NCBI GenBank assembly: GCA_965644315.1
Contig: CBFFRQ010000073.1
Location: 20,092 to 84,091, forward strand
DNA: 64,000 bases
DNA from: Caecitellus pseudoparvulus
Lineage: Eukaryota; Protista; Bigyra: Bicosoecida
Reading direction: 5' to 3'
In this document: piece after piece, positions 39,835-51,106 of the stretch
Layout: each line of letters opens with the position of its first letter
Numbering within the stretch: the first letter of the stretch is position 1
Program-made: the position numbers and the translations under genes
The notes under the pieces: generated by a model
What the model saw: only the letters and a program-made list of their open reading frames with translations
The model's database searches: none
What the model was told of the DNA's origin: nothing

Positions 39835-42800
39835 TTAGGCCAAGTTGGCGCATGTCAGCGTCAGAACATCTCCCGCCACCATCCAAGGGAAGGCGTGGGG
39901 TTGCAAGCGCTGGCACCCGTCTGCCTTGAAGGCAGACCACGTTGCGGCGTAGTACGCAAGTGCCAGCCGCTGCAGCTCAAATGGCAGCTCCAGTCGGCCC
40001 CTGCACAACGCTACTGCTTCGGCCGACGGCTCTGAAGCTTCCAAAGATACGGCGACTTGCGAACAGTGAGCCGCCCGAACCACCTGACAGGCCACGTGCA
40101 GCATCCGCACACGCGCTGCCTGCACTGCCTCAGGAATGCTACGGCTGCCCAAACTCTCACAGAATGCGTGCATGTGTTCCACTGCGGCCTCTGCATAGTC
40201 TTCCGCGTGGAGGCTGTCGCAAGCCGCCACGAGCTGCGGATGTGGAGCCATGCGAAGCAGCGTGGCTGGCATCTCCTGAGCAGGAGCGGTCGAGGGCACT
40301 GCCTCTGTCAGCAGGGGCGTGCCTTGGCTCAAAGACTCGACTGCTGGAAAGCCGAGGATCATGCTTTCATTGGGGTCACTGGAGCCGCCTGCTGCCTGGT
40401 ACACCACGGGGCCTTGCCCGGAGCACAGCTCCAACACGAAGGATTGCAGGGCAGTCACTGGTGAAGGTGGCAAGGCCGCAGAAGGCACGCGAATCGGAGC
40501 AGCTCCCTGCCTTCCTCCCCCGTCACTGGCACACAGCCACTCAGGGAGGCCCGGGAACAAGCGCACCTCGAAGTCTTCGCCGGCAGAGCCGTGAAATCCA
40601 GTGTGACTCGGCGCGGGCACACCTTCAGTCCCCGGCGGCAGACGCACCAGGAGCCCAGCCTTGGCAGCATCCACAGCTGCTGCCGCAGTGGTCGCCAGCG
40701 ATGCAGGTTCTCGCTGGAGGGCAGCCCAGCCAGGCGACAGCGGCGTTCCCGCCACCCGCTGCAAGTGCACGGCACTGCGTAGGGCGAGGTCGAGCCAAGC
40801 CGTGTGCCCGTTAGCTGCCCGCCCCAGAGCGTTGTCTCGCGCACAGGCAAACAGCCAGTCCACAGCCTGCCCGGTGGCTACGCTGCCATCCTCAAGCGGG
40901 GTCCCAAGCACGTCTTCTAGGCGCTGCCCTGCCCTGGGCTTGAGCCGATCAGCAGCAGCTGCCTCCACAGCAGCAAGGGCATCGAGGGCAGGTGCGGAGG
41001 GGGAGATGAAATACTGCTCAAAGAGTTTGGATGATTGCAATTCATCCGCGAATCGTGCCTGAGCTTCTGCGAGTGCTGTGGCAATGCTGGGCTCCCAGCA
41101 AGCCCAAGCTTCGTCACCATCGAAGTCTCCTCCTGCCAGCAGGCGCGCCACTGAGCCGTGCCGCCACGAGACTGGGAACACCACGACGTCAACGAGGGCA
41201 TGCCTGTAGGACAGCACTTCGTCCAAGGACAGGGGGGAAGACGACGGGTCCCCGTGCTGTTTCATCCACTCGGAAACCAAGTCCACGCCCTGCAGCGTCA
41301 GGACGTCGTGCGCAGCGAGGCACGGAGTCCTCGCAAGTGCAATGGTGCCCAGCACACACCCGTCCTGTGAGATGGCAGGGTCTTGTCCTGGTCCGGCACT
41401 TGCATCTGAAATGCGCATGAACACTTGATGCGGCCGGAGCAGCCCTGTCGGGTCCGGCAGCATCAACAGGCGGCGGGATCGGCCAATAGGCGCGCACAGT
41501 TTCTCACTGAGACGCTCCAAGGCCCGCGTTTGAAGCTGCACAAGGATGCGTGTAAGCTCGTGCTCGCCCCACAGTCCCGCCTTCAGCATCAGCCACGCGC
41601 GCCGCGACAGCAGGGGGGCACACCCTCGAGCCCACTCGCCCTTGGAGCTGGCCTCATCCACGGGGAGCCAGGGCCACCGCCCTTGAGTCTGTTGATCTGG
41701 ATCTGCTTCTGTGCTGTGATCAATGTGTGCCCCCATGGTTCGCAGGGCAGCCATGGCTGCCTGCAGGGACTGCGTCATGTTCTTGAACTGCAATGTGGCT
41801 GCTTCAAACGGCTGCTCAAGGCACTCAAGCGGCACCCCCCATGCAAGGAGAAGCATGACAATGCCTTTGTTGAGTGAAGCTGGACCACTGGGACCACTCC
41901 ATCGCAGCACTTCCACCTCGCACTGGCTGATGTGGGCGGGAGACACTGGGGCTTGCGGCCCTGGCGCAACGTACTTGCGCTGCGAATCCCGCCCCAGAAC
42001 TACGAGGCCCTCCTGCAGTGCTGCATGCAACTGGACAGAACTTGCCAGGCAGGTCTCGATGCTCGCTGGCTGCGTAGCTTGCTCCTCAGGGTGGAGGGGT
42101 GGAGCCTTACTTGGTGTTCGGGGGTCAGCAAACCAAATGCCCTTGTAGGGCCCGATGCGAGCCTGGAAAGCAGCCGGCGGCGAGCCGCCCACGGGAAGCT
42201 CTGCAACTTGAACTTGAAGGGTGTGGCTACAGAGGCTTGACAAGGCAGCCAGGCTGGGCAAGGTGGCATGGACGTCAGGCCCGTCGCCGCTTTGCAGCAG
42301 GAAGGGCCGCGGCGGACGCAAGCTTGCTCGCTGGGCCACTGCACTGCGGAACAGGGACCAGACGAGGGCTATGCCCGGCAATGAGATAGGCGCGCTGCCG
42401 TCTGTCAGGGCTTCGCCTGTCTCGGGGAGCACTTCGTCCGGCACGTGTGCGAACCGCAGCAGCGCCAGGTGAATGTCCACGGGCACTTGGCTCCCAGCCG
42501 CCGACGCTGCGACAGGCAGACGCGGCGGGGCCCAAATTGGTGGCACACCCTGCCGCTCACAGGCCGACACACACCCCACTGCATACTTGGTCAACATACC
42601 GACCAGCCTCGCGGCAGCACCTTGCCACGAGGCGGCGTCTGGGTCGCCCGCTGCCCGTTGAAACACAGCAAAGCCACAGGGGATGGTCTTGGACAGCATC
42701 AAGTTGACGCGCGCGATGCGCTTGGCAGGAGAAATCGAAGAGTTTCCTGGCAACTGCTGGGCAAAGTGCCAAGCCAGGGCCTGTGGCACTGACAAACGTG

Positions 42801-43323
42801 GCAATTCCGGGAGAGTCACAGCATCTTGCATGGGGCAGCTGCCGACAGAGTTGTGGGTGCACAGCGCGTACCAAGAGCCCTTTCGGGGTTTGCAGTGAAA
42901 GATTCGCCAGCAAGATGATGCAGTAACCAGGTGGATGTGGGGAATAACGCTGCTTGGGTGAGCAGAGCTGCCTGTCGAGCGCTTTGCGGCTGAGAGCGCT
43001 GCAAAAGCTGGTACCGCCTCCACCTTTTCACCACAAGCAGGACAAGCTTCCGATCCCTGCCCGGCCACGGACACAGCATGCACAATGCTGTCCATGTCCC
43101 CTTGTGTGATACTTGCCAGCCTACTCCACCCCATGGCACGCTGCAGGCGTGAAAGGCGCTGCAGTCCCTGCAGCACCACAGTCACCTGCACCACAAACCC
43201 ACCCAGACTGGGGGAGGCTTGCTGCCCAGTGGCCAGTTGCAGTCTCAGGCCAGGTGCCCATAGAGGGCATGCATGAACGGCCGGCTCTTCGACAGCCCCT
43301 TCAGGCTGGCTGGCGTGGGCCAT
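39835..43323 (-). CDS. Cellular (RNAi-type) RNA-dependent RNA polymerase; first ATG 43323, ORF open to 43425
   Basis: AFQARIGPYKGIW, LMLPDPTGLL, ARTPCLAAHDV, DVVVFP, catalytic GGDFDGD (about 41113-41127), DAAKAG, FPW. Confidence 0.88.
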   Translation of the reverse strand: MAHASQPEGAVEEPAVHACPLWAPGLRLQLATGQQASPSLGGFVVQVTVVLQGLQRLSRLQRAMGWSRLASITQGDMDSIVHAVSVAGQGSEACPACGEKVEAVPAFAALSAAKRSTGSSAHPSSVIPHIHLVTASSCWRIFHCKPRKGSWYALCTHNSVGSCPMQDAVTLPELPRLSVPQALAWHFAQQLPGNSSISPAKRIARVNLMLSKTIPCGFAVFQRAAGDPDAASWQGAAARLVGMLTKYAVGCVSACERQGVPPIWAPPRLPVAASAAGSQVPVDIHLALLRFAHVPDEVLPETGEALTDGSAPISLPGIALVWSLFRSAVAQRASLRPPRPFLLQSGDGPDVHATLPSLAALSSLCSHTLQVQVAELPVGGSPPAAFQARIGPYKGIWFADPRTPSKAPPLHPEEQATQPASIETCLASSVQLHAALQEGLVVLGRDSQRKYVAPGPQAPVSPAHISQCEVEVLRWSGPSGPASLNKGIVMLLLAWGVPLECLEQPFEAATLQFKNMTQSLQAAMAALRTMGAHIDHSTEADPDQQTQGRWPWLPVDEASSKGEWARGCAPLLSRRAWLMLKAGLWGEHELTRILVQLQTRALERLSEKLCAPIGRSRRLLMLPDPTGLLRPHQVFMRISDASAGPGQDPAISQDGCVLGTIALARTPCLAAHDVLTLQGVDLVSEWMKQHGDPSSSPLSLDEVLSYRHALVDVVVFPVSWRHGSVARLLAGGDFDGDEAWACWEPSIATALAEAQARFADELQSSKLFEQYFISPSAPALDALAAVEAAAADRLKPRAGQRLEDVLGTPLEDGSVATGQAVDWLFACARDNALGRAANGHTAWLDLALRSAVHLQRVAGTPLSPGWAALQREPASLATTAAAAVDAAKAGLLVRLPPGTEGVPAPSHTGFHGSAGEDFEVRLFPGLPEWLCASDGGGRQGAAPIRVPSAALPPSPVTALQSFVLELCSGQGPVVYQAAGGSSDPNESMILGFPAVESLSQGTPLLTEAVPSTAPAQEMPATLLRMAPHPQLVAACDSLHAEDYAEAAVEHMHAFCESLGSRSIPEAVQAARVRMLHVACQVVRAAHCSQVAVSLEASEPSAEAVALCRGRLELPFELQRLALAYYAATWSAFKADGCQRLQPHAFPWMVAGDVLTLTCANLA

Positions 43324-43661
43324 GTGCCGGATGCTGTAGGCAGGCAAAACGCAGGCGAAACTCCATGCAATGCTCACAGCATCAGGCGATGGCAATGAGA
43401 CGCCTCCAAACCCTCGAAAAGACACGGTGTGCTATGTAATGCTCTGAGCGCCCCTTGGGCACCCCAGGTTGTTTCGGAGGATTTTGCGTATGCGAGTGCA
43501 GTCCGCGCATCATGTCAACTTGTCGTCCGACTCAAAACTAATTTCATAAGGACGGGAAGCTTCTGCCGGGAATGAATTGGTTGCAAGCCAGACCTTAGGG
43601 TTGCCGTTGGAGCCTTGCTGCTCGCTGACGTGCCTGCCCAGCACTTGCCAGGCTTGTTGCC

Positions 43662-46600
43662 ATGGCAGCGATTGTGCGAGACGAGGAGGGTGACACTCCA
43701 GCAGGCGGCGCCGCCACCGGCTCTGGCGAGGGCTCATCAGGGCATGAAGAAATCCTAGCTGAGATTGAGCGCGTGTGGGCCATGGCAGACACAGACCAGG
43801 GAGGCACAATTGACGCACAGGAACTGAGCGGTGCGTGGAGAGCGCCTCTCCCTTGTGAAGGAGGCAAGTTGAGCCCTCAAGGGAACACACGCGTGCCACA
43901 GAGCTCATGACCAAGTTGAACAAGGGCGCAAGACCAAGTGCACTGGATGTGCAGAAGGTCATGGACGTGGTGGACAAAGACCGGGTAAGAACGGCAAGCG
44001 CGAGGATGGCGTGTTGAGCCCAGTTCCATTTCCGCACCCTCCGCCTGCATGCCGCGAGCACACCTGACGCGCCAACGTGCAGGATGGCGTCATAAGCTAC
44101 GAAGAGTTCAAGTCTGCCATGGCAGGATGGTTAGCTCCCCAGCTCGGGGGCACAAAGCGCAAGGCTGCAGCAGCGCCGTCCTCGCCGGTGGTAAGGCTTG
44201 CGTGCAAGGCTGGCTTACTGTGGCACACTGGCATTGCTGCTCCTTGCCTCCTCGCGCAGTCTCGCCGCCGCATCCAGAAGGACATTGGTGCCTTTTTTAA
44301 GCAGTTCGAGGTCGTAGACATCGAGACTGCAGTCGCACAGGCGGCACAGGCTGCGGGTGACTCCAGCGAGGATGCGGACGATTTCGCGGACATGGACCCG
44401 GTGACGGCGCTGGCAGCCAAGTCTGTGACCCCTGAACAGAGAGTGGCTGCCCTGAAAGAAGCCGCAGCAAAAGGCAGCAACCAGCAGCTGGACTTGGCGC
44501 TGTCCATGCTGTCAGGCTCCAGCCCAGAGCAGCTGGTGCAGGCTGCCAAGCAGCTGTCGGAGGTGGTGTCCATCGTGAACTTCTTCCACGGCCCCAGCGT
44601 GAACCGCATCGTGGCCAACGAAATCACCACACTGTACCGAGCCATGTGGTACAAGGACGTCACCACCAAGCTCGTGGCAGCGCTGAACCCGGCCCTGAAC
44701 CTGGGCAGCACGCAGCAGGCCTCCGCCATGCACGAGCAGCTGCTGGTGTACACTCTCAAGACGCTGTACCACCTCATCTTGGGGCCCCGCCTGACCGCCG
44801 CTGACGCCAACGACCCCATGCACCCCAAGAACTGCCACAAGGCTGCCAAGGCCGTGTTCGTGCTGAAGAGCACACCTGGCACGTCACCCACCGACCCAAC
44901 TGGCCTGCGCTGGGCCCTGTGGCACATGTCCAACAACCCCTCAGCGCAGGTGCGCATGTGGGCCGTGAAGGTGATCAGCGCAGTCGTCGCGTTCCCCTTT
45001 GATGGTGAGCGCAACCAGTTCCGGCTGGAAGCTCTGAAGCCAGCCAACGTCGGCGGGCTGGGGCTGGTGCACGTGTGTCTGGAGCGGCTAGCATTGAGCG
45101 GCAGTGCCCACGAAGACGTCGGTGTCATCGCAGAGGTGCTGCACTTGCTGGGCATCCTGCTGGGGCGCACCCACACCCACCCCGGCGATGCGGCAGACCT
45201 GCACCCCTCCGACCTGGCTCTCATCGGCGGCGAGCTTCTTGTGGGCGCCGTGGTGCAGCCCCTGCGAGACCCGGTGATCGCGAAGTCCCCTGACCACGCG
45301 CTGGTGTACATGCACGCAGTCAGCGCCCTCGCATACCTCCTGCCGTACATTGACTTGCTCAAGGAAGCCTCCATCGTGGAGCTGCTGGTGCAGCTGGCGT
45401 CAGTGGAGGTGGGGGAGGGCGCCACGGGGGACATCAGCGTCGCCAGTGGCGCGGCCGCCTTGTGTGCACGGGAGGCCCTGCGAGCCATCGCCATCGCCAG
45501 CCGGCTGCAAGAAGGCCGCGGCGCGGCTGTGCTGGTGGCCAAGACCTCCCTCCTCACCAACGTCATCGTGCCTGTGCTGAGCAGCCCCGTGGACTCGTCC
45601 CTGAAGATGGCCTGCCTGCAGGTGTTGCGGTCTGTCCTGAACACGAGCATGGAGGTGGCGTCGCCTGTTCTGGCCACCCGTGGCGTGCTGCAGGGGGTGG
45701 TGCGGTGCCTGGAGCACGAAGACATCACCGACGCACGGGCTGCCCACCTGGTCAAGGATATCGCGGCACTGGGCAGCTCGTCGGCCCAGGAGCTGATCAA
45801 GGCTGGCGCGCCCCGGGCGCTGTGCATGGCCCTGGGGCGCTTCCAGAAGCACGACGAGGTGATGGCGGAGGTGTTTGCCTTCACCGGCCCCTCCTTCAAC
45901 TTCAACCTGGCCATCACCTCGCTGCAGGCGCTGAAGAACATCCTGGCTGCGGGGGCCAGCTCCGCAGCGGGGAACCCCTTCCTCCCACACTTCGGCATGG
46001 AGCTCGTGTCAGTGGCGCGGTCTGTCATCTCTGCCGCCCTGCTGTACCGCCGAGCCGGAATCGTGCAGTGCAAGACGCTTGAGGCTCTCACTGCCATGTA
46101 CACGGGGGAGGCGGCGGCTGGAGGCACGCGCAACCTGGTGCCACGGCGCATGCACGAGGTGCTGTCCCTGCTGACCGACTTGATGTTTCAGCAGCTGCAC
46201 ACGCAGCACAAGGCCGCTGCAGATGCCGGCAACACCGTGTCCGGGTCTGTCGCTGCCGCTATTGCTGCGCTGTTCAAGGAGTACCAGAGCACGCAGTCCC
46301 AGCTGGAGATGGTGTTCACGGAGGCTGAGAAGCGCCTGCGCATGGGCCCCGCCTTTGCTTCCACACAGAGCGTCTCCTTGGTGCAGTATGCCCAGAAGCA
46401 CGCTAGCTCAGACCTGCTCAGTGCCGAGCTGCACGTGCCCATCCCAGTGGTGGTGACCATCCAGAACATGCCCGAGCACACGTACACTGTGGACATGGTG
46501 CCGCAGCAGATCTCCTTCGAGCTCATGCGGGCAGACATCAACTCGCACTTTGGCGCAGGGGGCTCCCTGCTGCTGGGCTTTGAGGACCCTGAAACGGGAG

Positions 46601-47265
46601 CCGTCACTGCCATGAACTCCAACGCAGACTTGCGGACTGCACTGGAGCGGTTCAAGTCGGTGCCCGGCGCGAAGCACTTCAGCATCGTGGCGGCCCCTGG
46701 GCAGGGCAAGGTGCTGCACTTGGTGCCGCTTGGCGGGGAGCACTTGGAGCGAAACTTCAACCGCGTGTTCTCCGAGTTTAACAAGCGGTACTCGCCAGAC
46801 CGCCTCCTTGACAAGAAGGGTGTGGGGGCAGTGTACCAGGAGTTCAAGCGCCTGGGGAAGGCTGAGATGACCGTGGAAGAGTTCGAGGCGGCCATGTTCC
46901 ACCAGGGCATGCGGGATTCGGAGCTCATCCGCACGTACTTCCGCGGCTTTGACTCAGATGGCAGTGGCACCATCTCCCTGGAGGAGTGCGTTTTGGGCCT
47001 GGCAACCCTCACCAAGGGTTCCCTGCACACCAAGCTGCGTGTTGCCTTTGACGCGTTCGATGAGGACAGCAATGGGTACATTGATGTGCATGAGCTGACC
47101 CGCCTGGTGCGCTTCTCGTCGGGTTTCTCCCATGAGGCTTCCCAAGCGGAGGCCATCCGGCTCATGCAGATGGTGGACGCCAACTCTGACGGCAAGCTGG
47201 ACTTCTCCGAGTTTGCAGCGGCCGTCCAGCACCAGCCCGCCATCATCAAGAAGTTCCACCCATAG
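43662..47265 (+). CDS. EF-hand / ARM-like repeat / PB1-like / EF-hand protein (introns 43831-43901, 43985-44082, 44191-44259)
   Basis: N-terminal EF loops DTDQGGTIDAQE and DKDR|DGVISYEE; long helical repeat region; PB1-like LGFEDPETGAVTAMNSNADLRTAL; C-terminal EF loops DSDGSGTISLEE, DEDSNGYIDVHE, DANSDGKLDFSE. Confidence 0.85.
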
Positions 47266-47494
47266 CTGGCTGCAATGAACTCTTCACGGCTGTCCCTGCT
47301 GTTATCCTGCACCCCACCTGAAGGATGCCGCTCGCCAAATGGAATTCGCGCTCAGAGACAAGAGTGTGCCAAACTTGAAGTGCACAAACTCCAGTGAGGG
47401 GCGCCCACCAGCGCGCCAGTCACCACGCGCCTGTGTGCAAGAGGCTGCCAGAACTGAGCACGGGACGTGTGTTGTCTGGTTCGATTTCCGCAGC

Positions 47495-47929
47495 ATGTCC
47501 AAAGCTGTCGGCACTGCCGCCCTCGTGCTGGCAGCTGCCCTGTTGCTACATGCGGGATACTCTACAAATCACTACTTCCACTTGGTGCGGGAGCGCTTCG
47601 GGGACGTTGAGGCCAGCCTGCCACTGGACGTGTTGCTGGAAGCTGGCGCTGGCTTGCTGGTGGCTGCTGTGGCAGCTCTCACCTTCTCCGACGCCTTCAA
47701 ACCCCTGCACCTGTCCACTGCAGTGCACACACAGGCATGGGAAGCCATGCGATCTCGGCCGGACTTCATCTCCTTTCCCCCTTTGAGCCGGAGTGCCGCC
47801 AAGGCTCAGGCAGCAAGGCTGTCCCGGATCGAGGCAGAGACAGGTGGTGCGGGCGTGGGCAGCGAGCAAGACAGTGACGTCTCCGACGAGGCGAGTGCTG
47901 TGGCTGACGCTGTTGAGGATTTGGATTGA
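47495..47929 (+). CDS. EMC5: ER membrane protein complex subunit 5 / membrane magnesium transporter
   Basis: [24 protein letters not shown]; two TM segments. Confidence 0.85.
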   Translation: MSKAVGTAALVLAAALLLHAGYSTNHYFHLVRERFGDVEASLPLDVLLEAGAGLLVAAVAALTFSDAFKPLHLSTAVHTQAWEAMRSRPDFISFPPLSRSAAKAQAARLSRIEAETGGAGVGSEQDSDVSDEASAVADAVEDLD

Positions 47930-47959
47930 TGTTTCGTGCATTGCGTCGGAAATGCAGGC

Positions 47960-48929
47960 CTACTGGGCAGCACCCATGCGCTCCTCCACGTTGCCCCAGT
48001 TCACCACGTTCCAGATGGCATTCAGGTAGTCGGGGCGGACATTCTTGTACTGTGTGGGAGGGGAAAGGTGGGTGCAGTGCGCGATAACGGGCTTGGAAGC
48101 GGACAGGGGTGCGGCTGCAGCTAGAGGTGCTACGCACCTGCAGGTAGTAGGCGTGCTCCCAGACGTCGATGCCAAGCAGAGGCACGAGGCCTGTCGTGCT
48201 GAGGGGGTCCTGGTTGGCGCAGGTGGCGATGGCCAGCTTGCCTGACTCCTTGTTCAGCCCCAGCCACCCCCAGCCGGAGCCCTGCACCGCGGCTGTGCGG
48301 GCGTTGAAGTCCTTCTTGAAGGCCTGCAGGGAAGGTGGCGTGGCTGGATGTGCACGGCATGGCATGGGCAAGCGCGTGGGGGAGCGCACACTGCCTTGTG
48401 CGGGGTGTGCGTGCCCTGCACCTGCTGCCCGCACCACGTACTTCGAAGCTGCCCCACTGCTGCTGGATAAGCTCGCCGACCTTGCCAGTGGGCTCGCCAC
48501 CTCCGCCCTTGCTGGGGGGTGCCAGGTTGGTCCAGAAAATGGAGTGGTTCACGTGCCCTCCGCCGTTGAACTTGATGGCCCTGGGCACGAGGCAGCGGGC
48601 AACGCGTGTCATGCAACGGCGTGGTGAGCGAGCTGCGGAATAGCACATTCCACGTACCCCTGCAGCGCAATCATCTCAGCGACATCACCAGCCTTCTCTG
48701 CGCTGGCGTACTTGTCAAGGGCGGCATTCAGGTTGTTCACGTAGGTTGCATGGTGCTTCCCGTGGTGCAGCTCCATGATGGCACCGCTGACGTAGGGCTC
48801 CAGCTCGCCCGGGCCATACGGCAGGTCGGGCAGCGTGAAGCCAGCCCCTGTGGACAGCGCCGACACCGCAGGTGTGGCTGCGCGACCAGAGGTCACAGCC
48901 AGGCGGTTCAAGGCAGTGGCAAGAGCCAT
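47960..48929 (-). CDS. SOD2: Mitochondrial Mn superoxide dismutase (introns 48581-48657, 48324-48441, 48050-48137)
   Basis: Presequence [16 protein letters not shown]; [52 protein letters not shown]|YKNVRPDY. Confidence 0.97.
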
Positions 48930-49117
48930 GGTGTTGGTGGTTTCTGGGGCACGAGTCGACTTCAGCAGCGCTGTGACGTGGTGGAGCATGGAGTGTTGGA
49001 AGTGCGGATATTGTGCTCGCAGGCAAACTGCCCAATGCTTCTGCACCGCCAGCGGCGGCAGCAGACACGCACAGCGCTTGCAGGGGCGCGCAGCACGGCA
49101 TGCATTTCGCAGGCATT

Positions 49118-50923
49118 TCAGTCAGTCGTCCCGCTTTCCTCTTGTGGTACGGCGCCTGCCTCCGGCAAGCCTGGAGCTTCGCTGCCTGCTTCGCCAGAAG
49201 CACTGTCAGAGGACGCGGCGGAGGCAGAGGAGTCCGAGCTGTCTGTGGAGCCTGTGCTAGCAGAGTCATCCTCATCGCTGTCCTCTTCTGCCAAAAGCGC
49301 GTAGGCGGCAGCAACGGCAAGTCCTTTCAAATCCCAGCCAACGTGGGCTGCTTTCACGCCAGCAACAGCGCTGGCCCACTCCTCCGTCAATCCGGCCCAC
49401 GCCTCGTCGCCCACCTGCTGGCACCACACACACATGTCAGTGATGAAGATTTTGTTCATGAGGTAGCGCATCTCGCTGCGCTCCATGATGCTGCGCACGT
49501 GCAGCAGGCACCGCAGCGCGCGACGCCGGCCCCCTCGGAGAATGACGGCGCTGTCTGCAGCTGCCAGGCGCGCCAGGCGCCAGCAACGCATGTACGGGTA
49601 CGTGACACACCGTCGAATGCAGGCTCTCACCGCTGAGGGTGCATCTGAGAACTCTTGCAACCAGGACAGCGCGGGGCTGAGCTTGCAGATGGTCCACTCG
49701 CTCTCCACATTCGGCTCACCTGCCGTGAGGCGGGAATCATACGCGTACGAAAGCAACACAGTGGCCATGGAGAGAAAGGCCGTGCGCTGCTCTGCACTGC
49801 CATCTGGAAGCAGATACTCTGTGCGCGGCAGTGCGGCCATGGCTTGCTCCTCTGCATCTGTGAAGCCTGTCCACTCAGCAGCCTCGCCGCCACCACCTCC
49901 GCGCCAGTGCGGCTTGAAGGCAACTGCCGCTTGGAACAGCGGGTCCTCGTCGCAGTGCAAGGCGTCTGCTGCATAGCGCTCTTCGTCGAAGTCGGCGTCT
50001 TCCACTTCCTCCCGCATGGCGCCCCGCACGGAGGCTGGTGTGTGGTCAGGGAGCGGAAGGTCCACGATGCCTGGCAGCTCAGCCGCCACCGGGCCCAGCA
50101 CCCTGCAGTGCAGGCCCGCAAACCCGTACGTCACCGGCCCTGTACTCAAGCCATCGATGGCACTGCCATCAAACTCTACCCCCTGGCCCTCTGCTGCTGC
50201 CACCGCAACTTCATCAATAACCATTGCAGCTTGAGCTGGCTTGGGCGCTGGCGACGGAGCGGCTGGGGGTGTGGGTGGTGACGAGGCTGGGCTTGGCGCA
50301 CTGACACCCTGTGACATCTCCTCAGACTCCTCTCCGCCCTCTGGTGCCGAGGTGGAGGCAATGACTTCAATGAGGGGGCGGGAGCCAGCCTGCACTTTCC
50401 TCGCGCGTTCCCACCGCTCTGCGTGCTGAGCTGCAGTGGCCTCCAGCTCCGCCTGAGCCGCCTCTGTCGGGCTAGCACTCGCAGCAACAGCGGCTTGTGC
50501 CAATCCAGAGCTGTGCGAGAGAGGGGTGGGGTGGTCTGCCGTTCCACGCGGCGTGCGCAGCGAGGCGAGAAGCGCTGGCGCCACGCACCTTGGCCGGGAG
50601 GGGAAGACAGGCTTGGGGGCCATGAGCTTTGTGAGCATGTCTAAGTCAGGGAAGTGCTCTCCAGGCGTGCACTTCCACAGCTCCATGTGCACAGTGCCGT
50701 TGTCGTCGGCCAAGTCGTACTTGGCCGTGGTTTTGTGGTACTCTTCATCATGCACCGAGCCAGGCAGCACCAGTTTCAGCAAGTACGGTTTGCAGTAGAA
50801 AGAGAAGTCCTTTCCGTCAATAACACGGTAGTCCACATCGCTGACACGGACGTGTGGCACGTTTATGGCAATCAGCACTCGGTTCTCGTCCTGTCCGATG
50901 CGGAATCGAGGCTGCAGTGGCAT
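49118..50923 (-). CDS. SHQ1: H/ACA RNP assembly factor SHQ1 (probable in-frame intron 50511-50588)
   Basis: N-terminal CS domain (PRFRIGQD...[10 protein letters not shown]...[10 protein letters not shown]); [40 protein letters not shown]. Confidence 0.92.
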   Translation of the reverse strand: MPLQPRFRIGQDENRVLIAINVPHVRVSDVDYRVIDGKDFSFYCKPYLLKLVLPGSVHDEEYHKTTAKYDLADDNGTVHMELWKCTPGEHFPDLDMLTKLMAPKPVFPSRPRCVAPALLASLRTPRGTADHPTPLSHSSGLAQAAVAASASPTEAAQAELEATAAQHAERWERARKVQAGSRPLIEVIASTSAPEGGEESEEMSQGVSAPSPASSPPTPPAAPSPAPKPAQAAMVIDEVAVAAAEGQGVEFDGSAIDGLSTGPVTYGFAGLHCRVLGPVAAELPGIVDLPLPDHTPASVRGAMREEVEDADFDEERYAADALHCDEDPLFQAAVAFKPHWRGGGGGEAAEWTGFTDAEEQAMAALPRTEYLLPDGSAEQRTAFLSMATVLLSYAYDSRLTAGEPNVESEWTICKLSPALSWLQEFSDAPSAVRACIRRCVTYPYMRCWRLARLAAADSAVILRGGRRRALRCLLHVRSIMERSEMRYLMNKIFITDMCVWCQQVGDEAWAGLTEEWASAVAGVKAAHVGWDLKGLAVAAAYALLAEEDSDEDDSASTGSTDSSDSSASAASSDSASGEAGSEAPGLPEAGAVPQEESGTTD

Positions 50924-51106
50924 ATTGCGGAAATTGGGTCCAACCAACTCTCACCTGCCAATTCAAGCGACAGGGCAGGAGCGCGGCAAGAAAAGACGGG
51001 TTGCGCGCGTCAGACGCAGGTGAGAGAGGACAAACTCAATTTTGCATGGTGGTCCTGAGTGTTGAAGGGCCGCGCAGCTCATAGACCGAAGCGCGGCATG
51101 GGAACT

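Noticed and set aside
4486-43323. Defence island made of the ADP-ribosylglycohydrolase, TIR-NACHT-SH2 and RdRP genes
   Set aside because: The genes are 11-18 kb apart and separated by unrelated housekeeping genes; no evidence of clustering or mobility.
43656-43669. X-box-like palindrome GTTGCCATGGCAGC
   Set aside because: It overlaps the start codon (GCCATGGC Kozak context), has a mismatch, and RFX factors are not expected in the probable lineage.
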